A DNA stretch of 64,000 nucleotides, taken from contig NC_043001.1 in the NCBI RefSeq assembly GCF_006345805.1, positions 47,368,001 to 47,432,000 on the forward strand, given 5' to 3'. The notes under the pieces were generated by a model. That model was given only the letters and a program-made list of their open reading frames with translations, was not told the origin of the DNA and did not search any database. How positions within the stretch are numbered: position 1 is the first letter of the stretch; the number at the start of each line of letters is the position of its first letter. The stretch comes from Octopus sinensis. Taxonomy: Eukaryota. Made by a program: the position numbers and the translations under genes. Positions 25,988-38,060 of the stretch are shown piece by piece.

Positions 25988-26189
25988 GACTGAGATTCTA
26001 GATTTGACTGTAACAATCTTGGCTATAACGTCTGTAGACATCCGCCGGTGCTTTCTTTATGCTTGGTTGGGAACATTCTAGGATTGTAAACAGAATTTTG
26101 CCATTGCAAAGTAAGCGACGGGCGTCTACTATCTCGCCAAAAGATCTGGACAAAGTTATACAACATGGTAGAGAAAGAAGGGGGAGAGG

Positions 26190-26233
<44 letters not shown>

Positions 26234-26326
26234 GAGAGAGCGCCTGTAAGTGGTCGCTCATTTTTCCAGAAATAGAAACGAAATCACTTTCAAATTCACC
26301 GTATTAAGAAAAAGGACACTTAAGAC

Positions 26327-26700
26327 AATTTTGTCATAGATATATAAAACATACAATATGTCTTATTAGCTTATATGCAAGGACAATATTACCCTATGTG
26401 ACGGTACAATTTTGCCCTATCATAGTGTTGTTCTAAATACATAAAACAAATACTATGTCCTATCACCCTATGTGTTGGGACAATATCGCACTCTCACATG
26501 GTCAATGTTATCCTAGATGTATAAAAAAAGCAGTGTGTCCTATCACATTAAGCGGTAGAACAGTATTTCTATATCGCATAGGACAATGTTGTCTTACATA
26601 TAGAAAACAGACAGTGCGTACTATTACTCTGTGTGATGGGATAATCTTGCCCTGCCACATACGATGATGTTGTCCTACATATATAAGACAAACAACATAA
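26327..26700 (+). repeat. Degenerate ~80-95 bp minisatellite (about 5 units) derived from a family B internal segment
   Basis: Unit (C/G)AATGTTGTCCTA(G/C)ATATATAAAA..CAGT(A/G)TGTCCTATCAC near 26327, 26423, 26504, 26584 and 26667. Confidence 0.7.
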
Positions 26701-27249
26701 CAAATAATCAACTGGATGCCGTATAATATCCAATTGCTGTTATGCAACATTGACTTCAAATCTGAGAATGTATGCACAACTAACCTTCCCGAAAAGCATG
26801 GCCTGTAAAAAGGGAGGGACTTTAGCCAGACGGTATATTGGTCTACAGTCCAGAGAGCAAAATAAATAAATAAATAAATAAATAAAATTTTAAAAAACGA
26901 GAAACACTTGACAGCCTCATACCCGAAGCACGTGATGAAAGGATAAAGAAAAATGTTTTGAATACTTTCTTATCCCACATTGCAAAATTTATCTTGGAGA
27001 CCCTGTAAATATGATATCAAAAACATGTATACATACAAACGAGCAAACAGTTATGTGTGTGTGTGTGTGTGTGTGTGTACGTACATATAGTGTTTAGGTC
27101 ATAAGAATTTAGAAACTTTGAGAGAACGCGAAATAATTTGTCTTTAGTTGTAGAATTCGAAGTTGATGAAGATCTAACTTACTGCATCATGTAAATATTA
27201 AATTAAAATCTCTTTCAGATAGAAAAAAATCGAAGGCTTCTCGTGCATG

Positions 27250-27360
<111 letters not shown>

Positions 27361-28636
27361 CACACACAAACGTGCTCGCACTTAATCACGTTAAGTAAAC
27401 TCCATTAAACTTTATAGATTATATAAATTTTCTTTTTTCCCTACCTCTTTCCTACCCGTTATTATTTTCTTCATTTCGTTATGTTTTTCATTTTTCTTTT
27501 TGTCAAACAAAGCCATAAACAACAGAGGAACAAAAAAGAATATTTTCTTTTCAAGTCTTAACTACGTACCTCTAAACAATCTATCAGCGCGAAATCCAAA
27601 CTATTCCAGTAAATGCCTTCGCTAGCAACAGAGAAGAGTCACAGCTGTGTAGAAATTATATGAATAAAGCAGGTTTGGGGCTGTGCCAACTAGCAGATTG
27701 AGAATCAGATACCTCATTACCAGAACAAACTAGAAGAAAATGAGAAAACACGTAACAGGGAAAACTATTTCGTTAAACCATTTGAACATAGCGATGTGAC
27801 TGATTAATGATATATGTATGAATATATTATGCATGCATGTCTATCTATATATCTATCTACCTATCCTACACACAAACACACACACACACACACGTAAACA
27901 CACACATATATATGCTCTCCATTTGGCATAGCATTTGAGAAAACAGAAAAGCAAATTTAAAACAGAAAATACAGTTTTCTTTTAAAATCATATCCCGCCT
28001 ACAGTTAATATATATTCAAAATTTCGATACGTGGTGAAGGGTGGTGCTGATTTCAGAAAAATCAGGCATTTTTATCACAAGTATAACTTGCGCACCGTCC
28101 TTCTTCCTCACTCTGCACACGTCTATAAGTTTTTCTCTCAAGTGCATTCTCTCACTCAGTCTCTCTCCCTCACTCTCTCTTCATATGTATGTATGTATGT
28201 GTGTATGGGGGGGGTAGCTGTCTTTCGTGACATATATGTAATTATTTAAAACGTGACTATAGTATATTTTCAATAGTTTATCTCCGAAGTTTTTTGTTCT
28301 TTTTCATCACAAACGCACCTGTCTCTATGGTTAAATCAATCATCGAACAATTTTATTACACTGTAAGCAGGGGGTCATTAATTAATTAAACACAGTTACC
28401 GAAAGTCAGAACAAAATTTGACGCAAAAATATGTAAAATGCGGTAAAATCATTTTACAAAACTACAATATTCGATGCGCGCACATATACTTACAGGGATA
28501 GACACATATATATGATGGCAGTTTCCTAGTGTTCGAAGACCATGAGAAAGAGCACCGTGCCCTCAAGTGACCATGTAAATCGATCCCTGATACATTAGGG
28601 CTTTCAATTTTGCTAATGCTTAGTAGTTTTTAAGTG

Positions 28637-28877
28637 TGGAGGCGCGAGGTTTAGTGGTTAGCGTGTCGGACTCATGACTGTAAGATTGTGGTTTCGATTC
28701 CTGGACCGGGCAATGCGTTGTGTTCTTGAGCAAAACACTTCATTTCACATTGCTCCAGTTCTCTCATCTGGCAAAAATTAGTAATCCTGCGACGGACCGG
28801 CGTTGCACCCAGATGGTGAATTAAAACACCATGAAACCGAACCGGCATGACTCGAGAGGGTAACTTTTACCTTTACT
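28637..28877 (+). mobile_element. tRNA-head CORE-like SINE (family C) with 13 bp TSD
   Basis: Head GGCGCGAGGTTTAGTGGTTAG..GGTTTCGATTCC; body GTTGTGTTCTTGAGCAAAACACTT (CORE-like); tail ACTTTTACCTTTAC; TSD TAGTTTTTAAGTG at 28624-28636 and 28878-28890. Confidence 0.85.
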
Positions 28878-29368
28878 TAGTTTTTAAGTGAGAGTCCCAC
28901 TCTAGACTTGGAGATGATCTGACCGCAGTGGATCAGCTGTTTAAGACGGCTGCGGTGATTGGCAGCTGTAGGTTTTTACACCGGAGTGGACTTCTCCTAT
29001 GTGAATTGGTTTACGTTGCTGGACAGTTCAACTTACTCTGGAGTTGTCAAAGAGAGCACTGGATCTCTTAAGAGACTCAACTCCTTGGTTTGCTGTCGAG
29101 GTTGACAACCCCAAACCTTTTCCTTTCCCAAGGTACTCACAAAGTAATAAGGGTTTATGTCTGGAGTTTCTTCCATGACATGCTAATTAATCCATAGCTG
29201 GGGGCCTGAGAAGAGCCCCTGTTCCGTGCCAGACCTGGAAACAATAGTAGCTAAGAGATGGTCCCACACTCCTCAAAATCCAAGAATTCTTGAAACAGGG
29301 CCCCATTACCAGATACAGTTCAAAGTCATATCCAGAACTGCACATGCATATACAGACATACAAACATA

Positions 29369-29575
29369 CGAGGTGGGTGCTGAAAAGTCCCTGACTTTAA
29401 GAGTGTCGCGAAAGGCCTAGTTGGAGGCCCAATCTTCCGAATTCTTTTACAGGGCTTAGAAAAACTGAAGTAATAAGTGTGTGAATCTAAGAGGGAAATA
29501 TGTATAAAATCATAATTAACTGATCCTCCTGTATTTTCTTTTACTCAAAGCCATGAACTTTTCAGCAGCCCCTCG
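29369..29575 (+). mobile_element. Mariner-derived MITE (207 bp)
   Basis: TIRs CGAGGTGGGTGCTGAAAAGTCCCTGACTTT and CGAGGGGCTGCTGAAAAGTTCATGGCTTT. The interior retains the C-terminal GLEKL..KCVNLRG.Y remnant. Left TA at 29367-68. Confidence 0.8.
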
Positions 29576-30257
29576 TGCACAAATACATACACAGTACTCC
29601 AGCATGGCCCCAATACAGGTAAAAAATAATATATATATATATATATATATATAATTACATGCACGCACAAACACAAACACACATATACATACATGCAAAC
29701 ATACATACACACACATACATACATGCAAACATACATACACACACATACATACATGCAAACATACATACATACATACATACATACATACATACATACATAC
29801 ATACATACATACATACATACATACAAATTTCAACGTCTGTATGAACGTACGTACGTAGATGTGACTACGTATACAATTTCTCCGGAGACAAACTACATAA
29901 CAGTTACGCATGCTGTGAAACGTTTCCCAAACAGAACCGAAACTGTCGGAAAAGACGTTGCTCCTTGCTGAACTTGAAGAAACAGTAAAAAGTTATACAC
30001 ACTGCAGCGACAGCTGATAAACTGACATAGAATTCTATCGCATATAATAATACACGCATCTAAACGCTAACATTCGTTCCTGAGTAGCTTCTATGCAACT
30101 GATGCCGCTGAAAATAGTGATACTAAATAGTGATATATATTGATCTCCAATCGATAGTCGACGATCAAGGGAATTCTCTGTTCGTGTCAGTTTGTTTTCG
30201 CCTGGCATTGCACGTGCTTTCCAAACAAGTGCACGCTTGATGCCAAGGTTGATATAC

Positions 30258-30326
30258 ATCTATCTATCTATCTATCTATCTATCTTGTCTGTCTGCCTGC
30301 CTATCTTGTGTGTCTGCCTGCCTGCC

Positions 30327-30362
<36 letters not shown>

Positions 30363-30512
30363 ATGTATGTATGTATGTATGTATGTATGTATGTATGTAT
30401 GTATGTATGTATGTATGTATGTATGTATGTATGTATGTATGTATGTATGTATGTATGTATGTATGTATGTATGTATGTATGTATGTATGTATGTATGTAT
30501 GTATGTATGTAT
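30258..30512. repeat. (TATC)n-(TGTC)n-(TATG)n compound microsatellite
   Basis: Directly visible. Confidence 0.97.
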
Positions 30513-30517
30513 CAACC

Positions 30518-30700
30518 GAATCGTTAGCACGTCGGACAAAATGCTTAGCGACATTTCTTCTGGATCTTTACGTTCTCAGTTCAAACTCGCCGAAACCAAC
30601 TTCGCTATTTGTCTCTTCGGAATCGATAAAAAAAGTAGTAGTCAAGTGCTGGGGCGGATACGATCGATTTGCTTCCTCTTCTAACAATTTCTGGCCTAGA
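30518..30700 (+). mobile_element. SINE family N, degenerate
   Basis: GAATCGTTAGCACGTCGGACAAAATGCTTAGCG..TTACGTTCTCAGTTCAAACTCGCCGA. Confidence 0.75.
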
Positions 30701-30797
30701 ACCCTTCAACGGATCACATTTCAGGAGGAAATGTGATCTCGGCCAATTATACGCCACAGAAACCGCCTAACCTAGTTATGAGTCCTAGGACATGAGC

Positions 30798-30847
<50 letters not shown>

Positions 30848-30895
30848 CTCTGTCTATCTGTCTATCTGTCTGTCTGTCTTTACACATGTATGTAT

Positions 30896-30932
<37 letters not shown>

Positions 30933-31004
30933 TACATACATACATACATACATACATACATACATACATACATACATACATACATACATACATACATACA
31001 TACA

Positions 31005-32271
31005 TAGATATTGGACAAAATAATGGAAACACCTACCATCATAGCATCATAATTTTGAAATATCTATAAAACCGCCAAAAGCTTGTTTATTTTTGTGTTT
31101 TGATTTATTATTAGTGCTGCTTAATATGTTTTGCTAAAATTGCTGTTTCTTTTCAGATATCATCAGGAAATGGTATCATTAAAATGACAGATCTACCGGA
31201 CTTTCAAAGAGGTCAAATTGTTGGTGTACGTATGGCAGGCGCTAGCGTAACGAAAACAGTCGAAATATTTGGTGGATTAAATTCTGTCTCGAAAGTAATG
31301 ACAGCTTTTCAGAAAGAGAGAAAAACCTCCTCGTCGAAACAAAACTCCGGAAGAAAATCAAAAGTTTCAGATAGGGACCGTCGAACTCTTACGCAAATTG
31401 TCAGAAAGGATCACAAAAGTACAGTGCCCAAAATTACTGCAAAGCTTAATGACCACCATAAGAACCCAGTTTCCACAAAAACCGTTCGCCGGGAGCTGCA
31501 CAAAACTGGATTTCACAGGAGGGCAGCAATCAGAAAACCACTACTTCCAAAACCAAACTTCGCAAAGCGTTTAGAGTGGAGTAAAAACCTACAGAATTAG
31601 TCCCCAGAGCAGTGGAAAAATGTTATTCTCTCGGACGAGTTATCCTTTACCTTATTTCCGACAACCGACCGAATATACGTGTGGAGACAGCCGAAAGAAG
31701 CATTTCACTCAGACTGCCTTCTTCCAACTGTTAAAGATGGAGGAGGATCTGTGATGATCTGGTGGAGGGGGAGGGGCTATATCTTGGAAATCAGCCGAGC
31801 CAATGGTTTTCCTTCATGGCAGAATTAATAGTCAAGACTATTTAAGCCTTTTAACTGATCAAATTTATCTTATGGTTGCGGAACTGTTTCCAGAGAGAAA
31901 TGCAATCTTTCAGGATGATAGTGCACCAGTTCACACAGCTAAAGTTGTTACTGAATGGCACAAGGAACATTCTAGTGAAGTTGAACATATTATCTGGCCA
32001 CCACTGTCCCCAGATCTCAATATTATTGAACATTTACGGTGCACTTTAGGAAAACAAGGAAAGAGTCGATATCCTCCACCATCATCACTACAAGAACTGG
32101 AGACGGTTTTAGCTGAAGAATGGATAAAAATTCCTTTGGAAACAATTGAAACTTTGTACAAGTTCATACCTCGTAGAATTCAAGCTGTAATTACTGCCAA
32201 AGGCGGTCCAACCCCATATTAAAATATATTTGTTTGAAATTTTAAGGTGTTTCCATTATTTTGTCCAACCC

Positions 32272-32274
<3 letters not shown>
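31005..32274 (+). mobile_element. Near full-length Tc1 transposon with DD36E transposase pseudogene (31184-32222)
   Basis: TIR TTGGACAAAATAATGGAAACACCT at both ends. The transposase is interrupted by TAG at 31598-31600 and a 10 bp insertion at 31763-31772. Motifs: ILSDE, TVKDGGGSVMIW, FQDDSAPVH, WPPLSPDLNIIE. There are 36 residues between the second D and the E. Confidence 0.93.
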
Positions 32275-32321
<47 letters not shown>

Positions 32322-32347
32322 GTATATGTATATACTCACATCTATAC

Positions 32348-32382
<35 letters not shown>

Positions 32383-32384
32383 TA

Positions 32385-32950
32385 TGTGGGCACAGGACGT
32401 TATGAAACGTGTGCAACAAAAAGTACGAATCAAGAGTACATGGAACATGAACTATTCTTTCGAACAACGAAAGACACAAATGGAAAACAAAACAAACATA
32501 AAGAACGACCCTTCATCAGTTGTTGGCTGTTTTTCTAGTCTGTATTTCGAGCATTTAACAACAATATACGCTTTCGATAAAACAGTTGCTTCCGCAAAGC
32601 AAATTAAATAAATTTTGAGATTTTGCGGAGGGTCAAAATAGGTAATACAAACAGGACAGTGAAAACAAACAGGAAGGGCTGCTAAGCCTAAACGAAGTTG
32701 TGGTGGCGAAAGCGTAAATCAAGCTAGGACAGGAGACAAACAAGAACACGTCTTCCTTGTTCCAGCTACAACAGAGAGAAAGAAAGATGGCCGATGGTCA
32801 CGTGGGAGCCACGTGAGCAAAGGAGGAGAGTGATGGAGAATGAGCGACAGAGTAATAGGATAGAATAGTGGCAGAAGAGGAGGTAAAAGAATAAGAGAGA
32901 GAAAAACGAAAGAGTAAAAAGATCGCATAGAGTGCGCAACTTAAAGTTGG
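32385..32950 (-). repeat. Unclassified repeat, possibly a Penelope-like 3' region
   Basis: Pyrimidine-rich minus strand, contains CTGATGAAGGG and ends at an (AT)n tract like the other Penelope-like fragments. Confidence 0.35.
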
Positions 32951-32966
32951 TATGCGGTGCAGAAAC

Positions 32967-33063
32967 AAATGTTGTGATGTTCTATTAAAGCCTCCATCCT
33001 CGTATTATATTATATATCCTCAATCTTCGTGTTATATTATTCTTGCATGTGTGTGTGTGTGTG

Positions 33064-33130
<67 letters not shown>

Positions 33131-33857
33131 AACATTTACTTATAAAAGGAGTCGATAGTTTTGGTAGGATCAGATTTATCAAATATATACTGGTGATGAC
33201 ATCTCTGAAGGTGATTTTAACTGACAAACAAGGATTATAGAGTAAATACCATTGGACTAGCTCCGGCAGAGCAACGACCATCTCGTTGTAGAACTGAGAT
33301 GTACAATGAACAATCATGACCATGCTATGTAGAACTGTAAAACCGCAATGTCCAATTGTAATCTTCGTTTTAACAAGATTCCTGTCACAACCATCCCATC
33401 TAGCATTACATTATCCTATCTAATCGTCTAACTCTAAAGATAGTACGGATAATGTAATGCTAGATAGGATGGTTGTGACAGTAATCTTGTTAAAACGAAG
33501 ATTACAATTGAATATTGCGGTTTTACAGTTCTTATATAGCATGGTCATGATTGTTCATTGTACATCCCAGTTCTACAACGAGATGGTCGTTGCTCTGCCG
33601 GAGCTAGTCCAATGGTATTTACTCTATAATCCTTGTTTGTCAGTTAAAATCACCCTCAGAGATGTCATCACCAGTATATATTTGATAAATCTGAATCTAC
33701 CAAAACTATCGACTCCTTTTATAAGTAAATGTTTCGCTCTCACGCGCGCGCACACAAACACACACACACACACACACGCAAGAATAATATAATACGAAGA
33801 TGGAGGATATATAATATAACACGAGGATGGAGGCTTTAATAGTACATCACAACATTT
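32967..33857. repeat. Long inverted duplication (arms 32967-33416 and 33447-33857, 30 bp spacer)
   Basis: Mirror ORFs 32985-33323(-) and 33457-33792(+) give nearly the same translation. The arms differ by roughly ten point changes plus microsatellite length. Confidence 0.97.
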
Positions 33858-34176
33858 TTTAGATTTTAATTATTTATGTGGAAAGTAACACTAGCGATAG
33901 TCGAGGGATTACTGTACTCATCACAGCCTTGTTACTGTTATTGATATTGTTGTTGTTGTTGTTGTGTCTGCTGACTAACCTTGCTTGACAATGACGTAAA
34001 AAAAGAACATTCTGGAAGGTGACGACTTTTCTCGAAATGATTCAGAAAAATATTGCGAAAACCGTCTTTCTTACGCTACAACCGCCGCCGCAGCCAACTC
34101 AAATGCAAATACCAGCATACTTAATTACATATTTCTTTGTTTATTTTTAGTCTTTATTTATTTATTATTTATAATA

Positions 34177-34236
<60 letters not shown>

Positions 34237-34471
34237 ATATATATATATACATATGTATATATGTATATATAGATATATGTATGTATATACATACGCACAC
34301 ACACATACCCAAACATACACGCAGATACCTCCTTCTCTTACACTGTCCTTCTTGGAAAGAACTTTTTCTTCACCCATTCCTATCCGGTCATTTCAAAATG
34401 TAACCACATGCGGATCGTGCCAATTTTTTTTCCTCCGTCTTCCTTTTCTCTTGGACTTTACTCCGTATCCT

Positions 34472-34506
34472 GTTTCTGACAAAGAGCTTTGCTCGAATCG
34501 TAAAAC
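34472..34506 (+). ncRNA. Hammerhead-like motif, subfamily 2 (decayed), in a Penelope-like fragment at ~34385-34610
   Basis: GTTT-CTGACAA-A-GAGC-TTT-GCTC-GAATC-GTA-AAAC. Confidence 0.45.
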
Positions 34507-34637
34507 TACCTTTCTTTCCTTCCTTGAGCGTTTGCTAATACTTTGTATGTACGACGTCCCCACGTTGTTGTTTTTTCTTGTGCTTCTTTTCGATTTTTAT
34601 TTGAGTTAACTATGTATATATGTATGTATGTATGTAT

Positions 34638-34694
<57 letters not shown>

Positions 34695-35035
34695 TCAATA
34701 CGAAGCAAATGATTCACGAGAAAAAATAATTCACGAAAAAATAATTCGGCGCAAATCGAATCAGTTGCAGCGCAGACTTCAACACGACAGGTTGGGAGTC
34801 CCTGTCACAGTAACATGTGCTGAGGAAGCTGAGGCTATTTGCCAGTACAGAAACCAGTCGACGTGAGTCAAATACTTGAATGTATGCTGGGAGTTTGTTT
34901 TAGCCGGTTTACCTTTGGACGTTTGATTTTGTAGTTATTATCAGTGTATTCTGGCGATTTAAGTAAGAGTTTTGACTGTTGTTTCCAGCAGGTAGACATA
35001 CCTAGTATGTCCTGTCATTAATTTTAATCTTTCAC

Positions 35036-35069
<34 letters not shown>

Positions 35070-35217
35070 TTACATACATACATACATGCATACATGCATA
35101 CATACATGCATACATACATACATATATAGTTGAAATTTACAGAAAAACAAAAGACGAAGACAGGTGTATAAACAATAAACAGGTGTATTAGTGTAACGCT
35201 CGGGAAGGTGAGAAGGT

Positions 35218-35253
35218 CTTTTACGTTTCGAGCCTATGCTCTTCAACAGAAAG
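35218..35253 (-). ncRNA. Hammerhead-like motif, subfamily 1 (best copy), in a Penelope-like fragment at ~35128-35300
   Basis: Minus strand CTTT-CTGTTGA-A-GAGC-ATAG-GCTC-GAAAC-GTA-AAAG. Confidence 0.6.
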
Positions 35254-35345
35254 GAAAACGAAGAAATAAACAGAGAGAGAACAAAGAGAGAGAGAGAGAT
35301 TTTGAGAGATTTTGAGAGAGAGAGAGAGAGAGAGAGTATATATAT

Positions 35346-35389
<44 letters not shown>

Positions 35390-35708
35390 ACGTGTAGTTA
35401 TGTATGTGGAATTGCAAAAGCAAGCGTAAAAGTCGGTGAATTGGCGGAGCCGGTATTTTATCTGAGTCTTGGCGTCCTGAGTTCAAATACTGCTGCGGCC
35501 TTCTTGGGAAGAGTCCAATCTGTTGCAAGCATTCCAACCAGAATTCTGGTTTATGGATACCTCCAACCCATCCTTACGAGTCTATGAAGTCGTGTAAATG
35601 ATCATAAAACACTACCCTTCCTGCCGACAAAGCAGTAAAAGAAAGGTTGAAAAAATAAGGAAATGAAAGAGAAGTGGAAGGTTTTTTAACAAAGAAGTTA
35701 CTGTTTTA

Positions 35709-36081
35709 CTCTTTTACTTGTTTCAGTCATTTGACTGTGGTCATGCTGGAGCACCACCTTTAGTCGAGTAAATCGACCCCAAGACTTATTCTTTGTAAGC
35801 CTAGTACTTATTCTATCGGTCTCTTTTGCCGAACCGCTAAGTTACGGGGACGTGAACACGCTAGTATCGGTTGTCAAGCAATGTTGGGGGACAAACACAG
35901 ACACACACATACATACATATATACGACGTGCTTCTTTCAGTTTCCGTCTACCAAATCCACTCACAAGGCTTTGGTCGGCCCGAGGCTATAGTAGAAAACA
36001 CTTGCCCTAGGTGCCACACAGTGGGACTGAATCCGGAACCATGTGGTTCGTAAGCAAGCTACTTACCACACAGCCACTCCT
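35709..36081 (-). mobile_element. SINE family A, best-preserved full copy
   Basis: Head, short internal CA/TA tract and 3' part are all intact. Confidence 0.92.
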
Positions 36082-36400
36082 AAAATTGGCGAAATATGAG
36101 TGAATGAAGCAGACAGTTAAAACTTATACTGAAAAATAAGAAAACGAATTTGAATAAACCGCAAATAGAGCTGTATAGTGTTAAATTTATACGGTTAATA
36201 CTACATTAACCTAAATTCGTTGCTTCATAGTCACCATTCATGTAATTAATTATATTCTTCAAAATATTCTTTAAAGCGTTTATTTAATTAGTCGTTATTT
36301 TACTTATTAATTAATGGTATTATAATCGCTTATGTTCTCAACCGCCATTTCACTTGGTTAAAGATTGATATAAGTGTTGTTTCCAGACAAATCATACTTT

Positions 36401-36910
36401 CGACCAAGGCGAAATTTGACCTCAGAACGTAACGGCAGACGAAATTACTATTTCTTTACTACCCACAACGGGCTAAACACAGAGAGGACAAACAAGGACA
36501 GACAAATGGATTAAGTCCATTATACCGACCCCAGTGCATAACTGATACTTATTTAATCGACCCCAAAAGGATGAAAGGCAAAGTCGACCTCGGCGGAATT
36601 TGAACTCAGAACGTAGCGGCAGACGAAATACCGCTAAGCATTTCGCCCGGCGTACTAACGATTCTGCCTGCTCGTCACCTTGATGATGATGATCATCATC
36701 ATGGTTTTAAATTTTGGCACAAGGCCAGCAATTGTGGGGGAGGATGGAAGCCGATTACATCGACTCCAGTGATCAACTAGTACTTGTTTTAGCGACTCTA
36801 ACAGAATAAAAGGCAAAGTCAACCTCGGCGAAATTTGAACTCAGAATATAAAGCCAGATGAAATGCCGCAAAGCATTTTGTCTCGTGTGCTAACAATTCT
36901 GTTTGCTCGC
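36401..36910 (-). mobile_element. SINE family N: tail-A unit with partial second unit (36401-36677) plus tail-B monomer (36704-36910)
   Basis: Same core and junction sequence as the 13045 trimer. Confidence 0.85.
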
Positions 36911-36917
36911 GGGCTTG

Positions 36918-36968
<51 letters not shown>

Positions 36969-37523
36969 GTAACAAACTTGTCTCTTGAGGTCTTTGGGTG
37001 AGACTTGGAGCCAACTTGTACAAATGTAAAGCAAAAGTCAAACATGAAATAATAATAATAATAATAATAATAATATGCTACCTAACTCAGATACCAGGAA
37101 ACCCCAAAATGGCAGAAATTCAAAAGATAGTGCTCATGGGAACTGCTCATATCCTACGCAAAATACTCTCTATGTAATCCCAAGGTTTAAAACAAACTTT
37201 TTTTTATTCTTATTTTTATTTTTTTATTTTTATTTATTTTTATTTTATTTTTATTTTATTTTATTTTAATTTATTTATTTAATTTTTTTATGTATTAGAC
37301 ATTCACTAGTACAACACCAAAAAAACCCCCCAAATATATGGCACAGAACTTCCAACCTGTTGTCTCTTGAGGTCTCTGGGTGAGACTTGGAGCCAACTTC
37401 TACAGACATAAAGCAAAAGTCAAACATAGAATAATAATAATAATAGTAACAAACTTGTCTCTTGAGGTCTTTGGGTGAGACTTGGAGCCAACTTGTACAA
37501 ATGTAAAGCAAAAGTCAAACATG
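36969..37523 (+). mobile_element. R4/Dong-like (RLE) non-LTR retrotransposon 3' fragments in a (TAA)n tract
   Basis: 37079-37177 translates to YLTQIPGNPKMAEIQKIVLMGTAHILRKILSM*, matching the R4-clade QK..L.GTA.ILRK.L C-terminus. The 3' UTR GTCTCTTGAGGTCT..GAGACTTGGAGCC..AAAGTCAAACAT occurs three times, each followed by (AAT)n. Confidence 0.75.
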
Positions 37524-37524
37524 A

Positions 37525-37562
<38 letters not shown>

Positions 37563-38060
37563 GAAGAAGAAGAAGAAGAAGACGAAACACCTCTTAACCT
37601 GTATTCATCTAATAATCCAAAATAACGATAATTAATGTAAATGATTATATTCAAATTACGCAATATAATCAACTCTATATTAAAATTTGAACGTATACAA
37701 CAAACTAGCTTCGAGGCATATTGTGATTTTAAAACACACACTACATGTATAAAGGTATTTTTCCCGAGATGACCACTGGAGCTTCTATTTTTTCATTGAT
37801 ATGACGTACGTTAAGTATGCGATATAGAAAAAAATTTAATCTAGAGTTACTTCTATTGCATAATTTGAATATTATTTAGCCCAACGGTCTCTTTTGCAAA
37901 AAATAGTGTATTATTTATTCATCTTACAATATACTTCAGTCTAACCGAAGAGACTTCTTATCAAGCTGATCTGAGTGCGTGGTACTGACAAGCTGCAAAA
38001 ACTACGAAATGCGCATCTGTCGCTCCCTGGGTTGATTTCGTTTAATCTAGCTCTGTAGTA

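Noticed and set aside
28637-28715. tRNA-like sequence (also 58588 and the family A heads)
   Set aside because: A and B boxes are present, but there is no acceptor stem or cloverleaf closure, and the sequence runs into a SINE body with a TSD.
32440-32570. CTGATGAAGGG with nearby GAAA on the minus strand as a further hammerhead
   Set aside because: I could not build helix II/III or an NUH site in any topology.
36920-37560. Repeat-spacer pattern superficially like a CRISPR array (also the SINE multimers)
   Set aside because: Eukaryotic context, units of 78 bp or more, microsatellite spacers, no cas genes.
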